64,000 nucleotides of DNA from Massalongia carnosa (lineage: Eukaryota). The stretch's first letter is position 1, and every line of letters starts with the position of its first letter. The translations under genes were made by a program, and so were the position numbers. Shown one piece after another: positions 35,000-49,013 of this stretch. Where the stretch lies: the NCBI GenBank assembly GCA_965645245.1, contig OZ287073.1, forward strand, positions 806,001 to 870,000. The letters run 5' to 3'. The notes beneath the pieces are model-generated. The model worked only from the letters and a program-made list of their open reading frames with translations. It had not been told where the DNA came from and did not search any database.

Positions 35000-35705
35000 G
35001 GAAGGATGCCCTAGCTTTTATTTGCCTATGTTTACGTCAGGACTCCAGTGTTTCAGTGCTCAGGGCCTGATATGTTTGTTTTAAAAAGGCTTCCAATCCA
35101 TCACCGACATCATCATGATGCGAGAAAGGGTGACAAGGTCCCCTTTACAGCGTCGCAAAAATACCCTCACAATGGAAACAATCATAAATACACATTCTCT
35201 CAACAAACGCTCCCGGGGTCCGCGTGTGGTGGATGGATGGCTCGTCAAAAGCCCTATGATCTCTCCGCTGGAATTTGTTTCGGTGTTTCATGGCTTATGT
35301 GTTGATCTCCCATATTCATCCTATCGTATTATAAGAGTGACATGAGGAAGGAGAAGAAACGTTGCCAGAACTAAACACTGGATATATATATCATATCACA
35401 TCTGCTCCACACCAACCGATTTCCCGATTTCCTGATTTACCCGCTACCATACGTGCATACATAACAACACCTTCTCAGCAGTAAAGTATTCCCATTTACC
35501 CAAACCATGACCCGATCCAAAGTGCCTAATCCGTGTCACCCTCGACTTGACTCAACTCCTTGCCATTTCAATCACCTAGTTGACGCATTGATCCTAAGAA
35601 TTTGGGAAACGAATAGACATAAAAGGCTCTGGTTTATTAATCTAGAAAGATGAGTGTATTTAGTAGAATGGATAAGAAAGTTTTATCCCCAACTTCGGCT
35701 TCATA

Positions 35706-35956
35706 TGTTAGGTTATCTATCACAGCATATCACTACACTCCATTATACGATGAGCACCGCCTTCTGCTTGCTGTGGATCTTTACATTCTAGCCCTTACTT
35801 ATGTAATAATTTATGAAGATGCAGCTCATCAGAATGGTGGCCGGAAGAATGAGGTGTTAATGTTGTAATGTGGGGACGCCGATGAAACCCCCAAATCACG
35901 ATACGTGATCTTCTAATAGAGTAAGAGGATATCGCCAGACCCCAAGTGAGTTAACA
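35706..35956. mobile_element. Possible solo LTR
   Basis: TGTTA...TAACA termini; flanks TCATA / TGATA (4 of 5 match). Confidence 0.35.
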
Positions 35957-36094
35957 TGATACTCCTCGTGGCTGTGAGTTGTATTCGCTCTAAATAGAGA
36001 GGGTAAACAACGTTGCTTAGTTTTGTGGTAGAGTGAGAAATTCTCATAAAGCGGCGAGTCATGCTTTCGATGATGTTGCATATTTTTTAACAGC

Positions 36095-36181
36095 TGTACT
36101 TACATCCAACTTCAGCCATTACTTGTACTTACATCCAACTTCAGCCATTACTTGTACTTACATCCAACTTCAGCCATTACT
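36095..36181. repeat. Minisatellite, 29 bp x3
   Basis: TGTACTTACATCCAACTTCAGCCATTACT three perfect times, followed by a T run. Confidence 0.93.
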
Positions 36182-37692
36182 TTTTTTTTTTTACCGCGCA
36201 GTTTCGGGGTTCAAAGTTCGGCACACCATTTTGCAAACGGGTGTAATAAAGCCTCATAACGCTCCAACGAAGATTTGTCGGTGACAGACCACATGAAGCC
36301 ATCATCGAATTCTGCCGTCTCTGGTACCATTCCTGCTGGTACCACTCCTAATTTGAAAGAATGGTAGTCAGGAAACCGCCGACAGAAATCGTACGGATAG
36401 TGAAAGCATCCAGTTTCGCGATGATCCTCCTCGGGAAATACAACAAAATTTACCCAACGTGGTAGTGAAAGCCTTCCTCTATCGAAACGCGTTGCTGGAC
36501 ACTTCTCTTCGATTAGACTTGGAGAGCCAAATAACTTGTCATCGTGAGCGCAGCAATAGCGTTCCATGGTACTCCTACTCATCATGAACGGAAACGAAAG
36601 TGATGTCGAAGTTGCAGAGAGTATCCACGAATACTATAAGTTTCCCAACCTGGATAATCACAGAAAATTTTCTTTTTGCGCACCGTCTTGCAAAATGCAC
36701 ACGCAATCTTAGCCGGATAATCTTTCATTTCTTCCTCTAAGCGACACGTTATGGCTATTTCCTACATTTATCCCCATTCAGCCCAGTACGGTCAACCTTG
36801 ATGAACTCGTGAAAGAACCGGTTCGTGTTTTGAAGACACCTTATCCACGACGTTGAGTTGGTCTAGAATAGGGAATACTAGTTCTGCTGGAAGAAGACTT
36901 AGTAGTGATGCGTTTCGATTCTCATATGGGTGTCTTAATGTTGGGTTCTGGGTGTGTTTCTTTGTCTTGATGAAAGCTGTAATAGCTAAGATGGATTGAA
37001 GAATTCATGAGAAAAGAGTGTTTCGGTCGAAACGCTTTGTTGCTTCATCCTGGCCGTTGTTTGGTTTGCGCGACCGTGGAATAATGTAGTGTAATGAAAG
37101 TTGTTCGGGCCTACGGACGATGGAAAGATGCACGCTGACCCCTTCAGTGGGTACCGTTTGGAAGGAAATGAAGTAAACCTGGGCAGTTGCTGAAGACCCT
37201 AATCCTAAAGGCTGAAGGGCTCTAGTGGACCTTTTGGTGCTTTGGGACTCGGATAAATAAAAGGATCGGTGTGACCGAGAGGTGGCGAATTTTGGCAGAC
37301 GAGGAGCAGGTATGGGACCTTTTATAATTGGCTCCTAATGGTGGCAATTGTACATGTGCAAAACCTGTGATAGGAAAAACCGATCTCTAAAATGTGGTTT
37401 CGGAAACGTCTGATTTTGAGCTTGTGATGCAGGACTCCCGAAACCAACGTAGGCCATCGCTCAGAACAACTGCTTCTGATGGCTGCTTCATCCACTGAGC
37501 GTTCAGCAAAGATACAAAATGAGCCCGAAAAGCTGACTACCTCGCTCTTCCAATAGGGTGACAAAGATAGAGTATTGATTGCTCATCTACAGGCGAGTCA
37601 ATGATATATTTCGAACAGTGACTGCCTCATTTACTGCCCGATGATAGACTCGCTAGAACGCGGCCTAGGTTGATCGACTGGCAAGTCTGCAG

Positions 37693-38506
37693 ATCATTTA
37701 GAACAGTAACTGGGTCCCATAGAACAGTGACTGGGTTCGTCCATCGGCGGGACCGCAGGCCACTCCTGGACTAATTGTCGATTCCCGAGTTGCCCTACCG
37801 CCAGGGCCGTGGATACCTCTGGGGTCTGCGGAGCCCGACTTTCCCTACCACGGAGTCGAAGCCACCTCCGTGGTTCTAGGGGCGCGTCTTTCCCAATAAG
37901 TCCTCGGGGCCGCTATCCCACCCCTCGACTAGGTTCCCTTTAATGGTGGCAAAGATCCTCCGGTGGGCTCACGCCTGTTGAAAAAGATACCACTCTGGGA
38001 ATGGTATCAGCGCCGGAGGTGGTACCAACTTGTAAGGCGAGGGAGGAAGCCAATGGAGAAGAAGGAGGAGGAGGAGGCGGTGGAGTTGAGAGAAACGGAA
38101 GAAAAGAAGGTGGAGGAGAAGGAGGAGGAAGAGGCGAAGACGAATGCGGGGCATCAGGAGGGTCGTGGTGCCACCATGGGCGGAATGGCTCCGGGGCAGC
38201 TAGCTGTGCCTCAAGCTCTATAACTCGGAGGCTTGCAGCCCTGGGGAGAGGCTCTCCCAAGTTGCGCAGCAGCTGCAGCCTTTGCCATTCCGCCCATTGG
38301 CGGTCCTCTCACTCCCGACGTCCCATTGGGGGGTGCTCAAACACCCATCGAACCCATCCTACAACCCACGATTCCCTCGTGAGGGAAGCAATAGCGAGGA
38401 AGAGTCCCAGGAGGGCGAGAAGGAGAAATGCCCAGGCTTGATACAAATCCTCCGTTGGAGAAGACATTATTGATTTAAAGTATGGTACAGTTTTTTCCTT
38501 AGGCAT
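37693..38506 (-). pseudogene. Disrupted Pro-rich ORF with an N-terminal hydrophobic segment
   Basis: A single frame of ~270 codons from ATG 38506 broken by three stops (TGA, TAA, TAG); TATA-like sequence upstream. Confidence 0.4.
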
Positions 38507-39129
38507 AAAGAAGAGATTTCAAAAATGGGAGATTACGGCTACTTATATAGGTACTGACAAGCAGCTGGTTAGGGCTATCGCTCTTTTCCTCAATAGCAGA
38601 TGAGGGCTAATCTTTCTCTCCTTAACAACTCAGGGCTAAATTACAATCTTCCCACTAGGAAACAAAACCTTAGTTCAGACTATGGTGAGAAGGCAGGCAC
38701 CTAATAGAGGTAGGCACCAATATAGGTACCTTAGTGATGCGATCCTCTATCCCGTCATTCTGTTATAGATTATAGTATAATGATGGGGGAATATCGTTGG
38801 CATTAGTCTCTTCTTATGCTGCCGTTTCGCTAAGTGGTCGAAGGGCTATACAGCAGTCCTGAAAATATTCATTATATAAGGTATATAGATCATTATTTAG
38901 GTGGTTATGAGTTAAATGATTAGTAGCTACCCAGGTGTTGGAATAGGATAGACTGTTTGTCAGAGTACAAGCAGTCCACAAACAAATCGTCTTGTTCCAT
39001 AATGTTGTTAGGAGATAGATAAGTTAAACATACATGAGATAGATGGTAGGTTCTCCTTCACCACCTTCATCTCCTTTACCTTCTTCACCACCCTCTCCTC
39101 CCGCTCCCCTCCCGCGCTAACATGCACGG

Positions 39130-41077
39130 TTAAGTATTCCTACTCCATGATAGCCTACCTTCCCTCCTTATAGGCGCAAAAACGCTGCATAGAAAAAGAA
39201 CAGCCAAGCCGGCAATCCAACTGAACCGCCACACCCATTTCCTGATTGTGCCTTTGGTGGTGTACTGAAGGTTGTAGTGACTCCACCTTGGAAACATGCA
39301 TCGAAGCGTGTAGTCAATTTGGGAATACCTGGAAGTTACGTAAGTGCCTGAGACTTCACATTTGAGCACCGATAAGCAAAAAAGTGACTTACGGATAAAC
39401 GGTAGCATTCCAGCCATTGGCGGTCTTATACCAGCTATTGCACCCACTGTTAAAAACAGTTTTCCTCAGCTCCGCCTGAATGTCCTTTGTCCATGCTATC
39501 TCCGCCTCCTTCTTGACCTCGACGGTCCTCATATTACCATTCAGAATCTGCTTAATGAACTTGAGGCTATAATTGACCATATTCTCGCTAGCTAGTATCA
39601 CTGAGGAATGCCCGGTCGCGGTATTGGGGCCGAAGATAATAAAGAAGTTCGGGAAACCGTCCATTGTGGCACCCATGTAGGCTTGGGCCCCACCGCGCTC
39701 ATCCCATACGTCTTGCATTATGGCACCCCCTTTTCCGCGAACCTTGAGGGGATGCAGCCAGGTTGTGAGTTCGAACCCGTTGGCAAGAATTATTATATCG
39801 GCAGGGATATGAATTTCCTCGATTGGGGCTTTGCTAGCGGTGTCTTTGGGGTCTGGATAGTTGCGTCCAGGACCTAGGGTCGCACCTCGCAGCTGAAGGC
39901 TGGTAAGGGGCTGGGTGGTGAGCGTGATTTTAGGATCGTTGAGACCGCGAAACCAAGTAGCATCGAAGATACGTCGTTTGCAGCCCACGCTGTAATTGGG
40001 TGTCAGGATCTCTTGGTATTTTTCGGGCACCGTGTTCTTTAAATGGCTGAGCAGGTCTGCCTCCATTCTTTCCCGCGCCTTCGCGTTCCATGGTTTGTTA
40101 TGAAATATTCGATAGAAGTCGATTTCTGCAAGGACAAACATCATGAGACGAAGAAAGCGAGCAAGCAAAGGAAACCAGCTGAAAACAAAAGAGCTCCATT
40201 TCTCCCACTTCTCTTGGCCGAAAGGCGGCAAGGATTGAGGAGCAACCCATGGGGGAGATCGCATGATTTGAGTGACAGAACGAGCGTTAAAAGGTACTTG
40301 GGTCAACGCCGGAACGAACTGTGCAGCACTGCATCCTGTGCCGATCACTATTACATCCTTGTCGTTGAGATTGGCATCATCGTCCCATCTCGCAGAATGA
40401 AAAATCTTGCCCTGAAAGTCCTCGCGGCCAGGAATGGAAAGTGGAAACGCGTTAGGCTCGACCAAACCACCAGCGGCACTGACAACGATTTTTGCTTTGA
40501 CTACTTCGTGCCTTATGTACACACTCCCAAAGCCTTCAACTTTAGCTCGTTGCTGCCTATCCTTGCTGCTAAGATCTCCAGCACCAGGGACCAAATGGGT
40601 CAAGTGGACCTCCCACAACTCCTCATCCTCAAGCCACCGCGTTTCAGTGACATCGGTATTGAATTGAATGTTTTCGTTGAGTTGATACTTGTCACACACC
40701 GCCTGGAAGTACTCCTGAATCTCCGGCCCTCGAGGGAAATACGTCGACCACTTCGCATTCGGCGCAAACGAGAAAGAGTAAAAAATAGCTGGCCTGCAAC
40801 ATTTGAATGATAAGCATATCTATGTAGTTGAATGTACTTCGAAAAAACAGACGTACGCATCACAAACAACCCCTGGATATCTATTAATCCACCACGTTCC
40901 ACCGATGCCTGTTTGGCGTTCAAAGATTTTGAATTGGTTAAATCCTAGCTTCTCTTTTAGACGGCATCCCATGGCTATTCCTGATTCGCCCGCCCCCACC
41001 ACGATGACGGGATAGTAGGTAAATGCCCCCTTATCAGAGCCATTGACACGGCGAATGGTATTTGGTAGACTCGTCAT
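39130..41077 (-). CDS. Flavin-binding monooxygenase (Baeyer-Villiger type)
   Basis: VGAGESG, GGTWWINRYPG..CD, FQGKIFHSARW (FxGxxxHxxxW), IGTGCSA, GCKRR, FPNFF..GPN; introns near 40.8 and 39.35 kb. Confidence 0.93.
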
Positions 41078-41383
41078 TTTTTTTATAAAGCGAAACTACC
41101 ATGAAAAGCACTAGGACAAGTGATGAATGAAGCAACTCAATTGGAAACAGAAGCAAGAGAGGAAGTAGAGGAGAAAGCGGAGGAACTCCTATCCATTTGA
41201 ATATGCGACTTTTACCTAGTTACCTTGTACATTATGCAAGCTACAACCAACTGACTAGCACGTGACTCTGTCGTGCCTCTTCACACCAAGAACCTCTTTA
41301 GTTACTCTGTAGTGGTCCACCATTTTAACATTCAATATCGGAAGTATGGCCTTGAAAATTCACGGCCTTGACATCTTCTACGC

Positions 41384-42344
41384 ATGATTGGGAACATCTA
41401 TGCGCCTTGGTTTACAATCGCGTCCCTTTGGAAGATCCGTCACTACTCCTCGCAACGGCGATGGACGTTGCCAGAAAGGCTCCAGGCTAGTAGCTTGGAA
41501 CACCGATTTCACGATCAAAATGGAGGGTTTAAGCTCGAACTACCGATCATGATGCCTAAGGGGTATTACCTCGATCTACCCGCCATTTCAAAATGGTTTA
41601 CAGCCATCAGCACCGACTCCAGCGCCGCTCTCCTGGACCATTCATACCTTGGCCAGCTTGAGGATGCCCTTGTGCTCCTCGAATATACTCGTCTCTCCGA
41701 AAATGCAGCAGAAGCCTTGACGTTCCATCGCGCCGAGGCACCTTTGGGGATATTCCTCCAATGGGCTAGGGATGCAAAAGCCAATACCACGGAGCGACTA
41801 TACCTTGCGCAAGCATCATTGACGACTCTCCCGCCAAAGCTACAGGATGATCTCCCAATCCCTGCGCTGGTGACGAGACTCGGAAAAGGCGATATCTACG
41901 ACGCGAATATCTGGATGGGGATTCCACCTACGTATACCCCTCTCCACCAAGATCCGAACCCAAACCTGCTGGTGCAACTCGCCGGCCGAAAAACAGTGAG
42001 ACTCCTCGCCCCGAGCATTGGCCAGAGGCTCTTCGACAGGGTACAGGCGTCCCTCGGACAGAAAGCGTCTTGTACGTTCCGAGGGGAAGAGATGATGAAG
42101 GGCGAAGAGAAAGTAGTGCTCGAGGCGTGCGTTTGGGACGACACCGCTCGGCAGGCTTCCTCCAATGTGGATGGATATGAAGTGCACCTTGAGCGGGGAG
42201 ATGGTCTTTATATACCCGTGGGCTGGTGGCATAGCGTCAAGGGGGTTGGAAACGGTGTCACGGCGTCGGTATGTATAGGCATTGAGACTATGTGGTTCTT
42301 AAGTACTAATCCGGATCACGCAGGTCAATTGGTGGTTCCGTTGA
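41384..42344 (+). CDS. JmjC/cupin-like domain protein
   Basis: LYLAQ, NIWMG, TPLHQDP (HxD), LYIPVGWWHSV; intron 42269-42323; C-terminus VNWWFR*. Confidence 0.9.
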
Positions 42345-42445
42345 ATCTGCTCCTTGCAATCCCATTAAGATCCATTTAAAACCCTCTACCTTCTCAAGGA
42401 ATCTCAATATCAGACACACTCTTCCTAAGCACGGACTCCTACCCC

Positions 42446-43351
42446 TCATCCCATCGTCGTCCCTCGCTCCCTAGCCCAAATCCCCCGTATCTCCACCTCG
42501 AAATCCCCCTCCTGCGCCCCAAAATAACTACTCCCCAAGTCCAAACCGTCAGCAAGTTCTTTCTCAAAACAAAATAAAGAACAACAAAACAAAAACACAC
42601 CTTCTAATCATAATCCCCACTTTCCCCACCCTCTTCTCAAAACCCCCCTTTCCCACTCCCTCTTTCCCCCGAAATGTAGCCCGGAACCCCGCCCAGGGGA
42701 TCCACACACGGCCCTCCACGCCCTGGAACGTCGCCTCCCAACTCACCGTCGCCTTTCCCTTTCCCTCTTCCCTCCTCGTTTCCATTCCGTTTTCCCTTTC
42801 CACCCCGTCCTCCCCCTTCACCCTTTCCCCCTTCCCCACTGTTTCCGCATCCACCTCCACCTCCTTCAAAACCAGCGTATAAACCCTCCCGTCCCCGCCT
42901 CCCACATCGACTTCTAGCCCCCCATAGCCGCTAAGATCTACCTCCTGACCACCACCACCACCACTATCATCACCACCCAAATCTATCTCCCCTAGCCCAG
43001 CACTACCCTCATGCAATCCGTGAGTCGATAGCGGCGCGCCATACTGCGCCGTGAACCCGGCCCCGCCCAGCGTCGTTGCGTCCAGGTGCCCGGCGAACCG
43101 GACCGCGTTGTGGGGCAAGGGGTGTAGGGTAGAGGTTGAGGTGCCGTTGCGGAGGCGGTCGGAGATGGGGGTGAAGCTTGTGGGGGGGAACGGTCTATGG
43201 GGATTTGGGGGGCGGGGGGTGTTAGTGTAGGCGAGGGGGGTTAGAAGGGAAGAGGGGAAGGGACGCGAGAGTTTGAGGGAGGGAGTAAGGAAGGGGGGGA
43301 GAGGATTATGTACTTTGGGCCGCCGTAGAGGGGAAGGGGGGGAGGGGGCAT
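42446..43351 (-). CDS. CIA30/NDUFAF1-like domain protein
   Basis: SDRLRNGTSTS, FAGHLDATTLGGAGF, GDGRVYTLVLK, IPWAGFRATFRGK, IMIRSYFGAQEGDF; two introns. Confidence 0.82.
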
Positions 43352-46300
43352 CGAGTGGTTTATTTGGTGGGGTTCGAATATTTGGTATAGAGGTGTGTTA
43401 AGGCACCTTTGTGTGTGGATGTATGGATTGAGATTGATTGGTTCGTGAGATTGGTTGGCGTTTAGGGGATGCCTGGGCCTTGTAATGGTGTAATTTGGTT
43501 TTACATACTTTCTGCATTAGGTGATTATATTTTTTCGATCCAAAAATGGTCACATGGGGGGAAAGGACTTTACGAATCTGGAAGGTTTGAACTGGATCTA
43601 AGGATGATAGGAGAGGGAAATGAGGGAGGTGGAGTTCTGCGTGTGGCCAATAGGGAAGTAAGTAGGATTGGAGGTATTGTACGCCTTTAGTGGGTTGAAG
43701 GTACGTGATACAAGATTGATATACATGTAGCCTACGAATCTATGGTCTCGCAGGCCGGGGGAGCGAGAATTCATCCATATCGAGAGAGTTGATTGACGAG
43801 AAGTAAAGAGTTGTTGAGTAGGGCGGATCGGAATCGTTAGCCGTTTCTTCCACCTCTCTGCGAGATCCCAGCGGGAGAAGGATGGGGTTGAGGTGGGTAG
43901 ATGCCTATGGGCCGATGAATCCGTCAGGTGCTCTGTACATCTCAGGGAGTTGACGAGATTTCATCTAGCTGGAGCGAGATAGAGAGCCAAAATATACAGA
44001 GACAGTGTAAATCTATCGGTCTCTTTCCGCATTTTCACTCTCCCGTCGCCAATCAATCAGTATTGGCCAATGCTAGCGTATGGGCGGATACGTACATGAC
44101 GGTCCTTGATAACGATCATCACCGTTGGCGCGGCATCGAAATCTCGATTCATCTGCGATGCCACAATGATGATCTCATAGCTCCAAGATAACGAGTCCCA
44201 AGATTTAAACGCCAATGAGGTAGGTTTTAGCCCTAAGGCCTTCATTGCGCCGCACCGCGCTCCGCAAAAAGACTTTAGTTTCTTCATATCTTTCCTCTAT
44301 ACATCAGCAAAGCTTTCTGGGCCATCACGGCGAGGTTCTTCACTTGTTTTTAGTGATCGATCAAGTCATTGTTTCCGCAACCGACTCCAATTCTGCTCAT
44401 CCCTAAGAAGATTGAACAATATCAGCGGACTACCTTGTTATACAATTACGTATCGGGAAAGTATCAGGCCTGATGTGAACTGTCAATGGGTAACAATAGA
44501 CAGTCCTACCCACCGGTAACATGTAAGAAGTGTTGATTTGTCTAAGATCTTGTCAACATTCGGAAAGGTTTGAGTCGAAAATCGAGCACCGCGCTCTAGT
44601 TATTTCCTTAACGGTAGGAATAATTTGTCAATCTATCAATATTAGACAGCTGATCCACGTAAAAATCGCCCTCTTTGAGAAAAGTCCTCATGCAGATTCT
44701 AAAGATTGTTTAAACTCATAGGACACTGAAGAAATGCCTACTTGTTCATTGGATGAATCATTTATTTTGATCCGCTTGTCTCAAGAGACTTCGGGATGAA
44801 TGCAGGGAGAATCGATAAACTGTCGAAGGCGCTATGCTTGAGCGAGGTACACTATCCTTGACGTGTTCACTAGCTTCGGAATTCCTCAATTAAATCAAGG
44901 TGCTCAGGGGTAAGTAGAATGAGTAAATGTTCCTTGAATAGGGATTAGAGGTCTGAGAGCTGTTAACTCCAACTATTAAATGAATGTCAACCAATCGACA
45001 CGAATAAGTATATCAATCACTGTTGTGATGGCAAGAGTTTCCCTAAATCTACCATGAGATTTTGAATTGGCATTAAACTAACGACTGTTGTGCAGGCTCC
45101 CTTCTAGGAGAATGTTGGTCAAAAGTCACTGAGCATAATCCCACCCGAAGATTTGTGCGGTTATCCATCCAGTTGAATGCTCATCCTATCCTTAGTGTGT
45201 TTAGCTGGTCATCGACGACTTTGATCTTTTCATATCTTAGATGAATATATTTGACGTCGGCAGCCTGCCCTTCAGTAAAATATCCCATGGAAGATATCCT
45301 GAGTAATCCAACTTGACATGATGCCTCAAATCTTAGCCTGTGCCTAGCCGATGCGGTTAGAAGCGAAGGAAGAAAGGGTTGACCTAGATCGACATTAGCA
45401 ACGTTTAAAATACTCGCTTGAGTACTCACTATGGTGGTTCATCCCTTCTCTCTACCAAACATTGGTTAATATAAGCAAGATTAGGAGTCAAGACGGATAG
45501 CAGATGGAAGAAAGCATATTACGAGACGGGTGAAACGTAATACGTTCGTTAGATCAATATGGTTTTCTTAGAGATTTCTAAGGATACAGGATTAGATATA
45601 CCTGATCAGACCCATGATCTGCATCCTCTCTCGTACTATCATACATTACCCATGCCGGATAGAGCAAATCCGGGGTCGCCAGCAAGCCAAGTAACCCGAG
45701 GTACTCATGGAGTAGAAGAGACGCTGTGTTGTGAAAGGTACCAACGCACGGAGTACCTAGCACACTGCAACAATACCCCAGCAATTGTGTTTGGTACCCT
45801 TAACGAGGCGGCTTGGGATCAACATAAGGCCCAAACGGTTAGTTGCCACCAAACACGCTAGTTAAGCGGGCCAATACTTGGTAAAGCTGGCCTTGCTAGG
45901 TACGCTAACTAAAGCGAGATTCCTCACTCCAAACATTCCCACCATGCGTTATGTATTTCCTTTTCGTGTTGGAATATCGATCATATTAGTTGTGTTGTAC
46001 TGAAGTGTAGTCTCTTAACGCTGGCACGCTACTGATCTGATGGTGAAAATGGCTGATAACGATAGGTTATTTGCTGAGGCAGGTTGCATACGTAGGAGTC
46101 TATATGCGCGTGCTGGGAGTGCAGGAGAAAGCTATAAACCTAACAGAAATATCGGCCTAGACTGCTGACGGCAAGGAAATAAAACCATTAAACGTTGATG
46201 GCAAGTTAGCCCTTTCATCGGTGAGCTCATGTTCTGTCTTTGTAGAAGAGAATGCTCTGGTGAGAGGCCGGGTGGTTGTAGTCGTACGAATACCCGTGAG

Positions 46301-47299
46301 CTGACTTTTGACCGCATAAGAGGCTTCATTCTCCCAGCGGCTCCGGCAGGCCACGCCTTTGTGTGACTGGAGATTTCTGCTTCTCAACTTCAGTCTTTTG
46401 CTGCCTCACTGCCTTTTGCTCTCATCCCTCCGACGTCGCCCGGCTCATGTGGAGAATTTCGAGGTTTGCAGAGTAAGTAGGCACATTGGTTACTCCGACA
46501 TACTCGATCCATGCCGAAGTCTGGAATCTGCAGCCTGCAATGCACGTTGCTCGACCTCGCAACGCAATATCCTATCATTCCGCGGCATCGTCCTTACATT
46601 TGACCCTTTTCTTCAAGAAAGACTGCTGATTGGCTGTGAGGCAAGGTTCCTTCTCAACCATCCAATCCAAATGTGGAGATGAACTGCCGTTTTTGCCTTG
46701 TAGAAAGACGGAGAGCTCCTTCCTGATTGCAAAAAAGAAAAATCATGGATATGTTACACACTGGGTGGGGAGCGTTGAAGCACTGACCACTATCTCGAGA
46801 AACAACCCCCCCCCCCCATTTCTACCAGATGTCTCTGTCGTTCTCATGCTGTGTGAATACAACACGCGACTCAAGTGATTTGATTGTCCTTGCATCCAGG
46901 TCTTCCCTCTGCCTGGTTCTCGGTCATTCGTTAGGCGTTAAACCATATAGTCTGCGGCCACTTGCTTGGGTAAGTGCGCAGTGCCACCAATGTCCTCACA
47001 AACCAGTCACATACCTCCAATCCATTCAGATCTTTGGGTGCAGCTTTGTGTAAAGGCCACCATAGTGGAATGTTTGTAGACCCTTGGTCAAGTCTTCTCT
47101 ATTTCTCTTTTATACCCGTTATTGTAATACATTCTTGTCACTATAGTTAAACTACAAATCCCTCCGATGAAGCTTGTCTACATGTTATTGATTAACAGTG
47201 TTTAAAAGATACTCTTCGCTTCTCCCAAAATTTTTATATGGCACTTTCGACGACACAGAACTTCTAATCTGTTGTTTCCCTCATTTCTCTTCTGGGGCT

Positions 47300-49013
47300 A
47301 TGCAAACCATGTACGAGAAAGAAATTACATCTGTGAGCCCTGTGAGTAGGAGGAGCAGGTCTGGAGATGATCCACAATTCCAAATCGAGCCTATCGACCC
47401 AGCGGCGGAGAAGAAACTACTTTGGAAGTGCGATATCCATGTTTTACCTCCAATTACCCTACTTTTCATGCTGGCGTTTATCGATAGGATCAATATTGGC
47501 AATGCCCGAATTCAGGGCATGGAAAAAGATCTTAACATGACAGGGCAGGATTACAATCTTGCACTCTGTGTATTCTTTCTTCTCTACATCACTTGTGAGG
47601 TGCCAAGTAATTTGTTACTTCGCAAGATAGCACCTTCTACCTGGCTTAGCCTAATCATGGTGTGTTGGGGTACGATGAATCTTCTGATCGAGTCTGCTGG
47701 CATCCAACTTATCTATGGACCTAGGAATCATTACTGTATGCATGGGCCTTACCAGAAGTTTCTCCGGCCTTGTTGTATGCAGGCTCCTCCTGGGCTTGTT
47801 TGAGGCCGGCTTTTTCCCAGGTAATCCTTCCATGTACTACATGAATGCTTTGCTTTAACATGAAATAGGCTGCCTTTACTTAATTTCTATGTATTACCGC
47901 CGTTACGAACTGCAAAAGCGAGTCACCATCTTTTTCTGCTCGGGCATCATTGCCGGTGGTTTAAGTGGCGTATGTTTTCCTAATATTTCTTAATTCCCGA
48001 CTTGTTGAATTATGCTGAAAAGACTTATTAGCTTCTAGCATATGTGGTAGCGAAGATGTCTGGCCTCGGAGGCTACAATAGCTGGCGCTGGATATTCATC
48101 ATCGAAGGTTTAATCACAGTCGTTGTTGCTATCTGCACCAAATTCTTCATTGTGGATTGGCCTGAACAAGCAAAATTCTTGACATCTGATGAGCGAATGT
48201 TGCTTGTTCGGCGCCTACAAGAGGATTTGTTGGAAGCAAAAATGAATCGTCTGGACAAGAACGCCAAACGTCGGGTTTTTGGTGATTGGAAGATTTACGT
48301 CGGGTATGCACTCCTTTAGAATAGACTTCAATCACTGGAGTTTGCCAATGGAGACACTAATTTAAGCAAGCATCATCATGTACCTTGGAGTAATCAACAC
48401 GGCGTACAGCATTGTCTTCTTCACCCCTACCATACTCAAACAATTGGGATGGACGGCTATCCGGGCTCAGGTCTATTCGATTCCCATATATGCCGTTTCC
48501 TTGGTTGTCACTCTAATTGCTGCGATCTGCACGGATCGCCTTCGCCACCGGTACGCCTTTGCAATATTTGGAGTCCTGTTGGCCACAATTGGCTTTGCCA
48601 TTTTGCTCGCCCAAGAATATGTGTCCGTGAGCGCCAGGTACGTGGCTATCTTCTTAGTCGCCGCTGGAGCCAACGTCACACAGCCGGTCACGTTGGTGTG
48701 GCTGAACAACAACTTGGCCGGGCACTACAAGCGAAGCATCGGTATGGCGATGCAAGTTGGTGTTGGGAATTGCGGCGGCATTATTGCGAGCAACATCTAC
48801 ATCACGGCCCAAGCGCCGACCTATCCCGTTGGGTTTGGGGTCTCCCTTGCACTTCTGTGGCTCTGCGCATTAGCTTGCACGGTCTTCCTGCTAGCCCTGC
48901 GGATGGAAAATAAGAAACGAGATCGAGGGGAAAGAGACGACAGGTACAATCTACCCAAGGAAGAGCTGGATAACCTAGGCGACGACCATCCGGCGTTTAG
49001 GTTCACATACTAG
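47300..49013 (+). CDS. MFS transporter, allantoate/nicotinate permease (Dal5/Tna1-like ACS family)
   Basis: EKKLLWKCD..P, FIDRINIGNARIQG, EVPSNL, GLFEAGFFPG, WRWIFIIEG, LGDDHPAFRFTY; about 4 introns; start codon uncertain (47300 or 47309). Confidence 0.92.

Noticed and set aside
45797..45900. Tiny MITE with TA flanks
   Set aside because: The inverted match is too short and gapped to distinguish from chance.
43700..46900. Short ORFs between the CIA30-like and MFS genes
   Set aside because: No recognisable domain or consistent splice model; they may be decayed sequence but cannot be supported.
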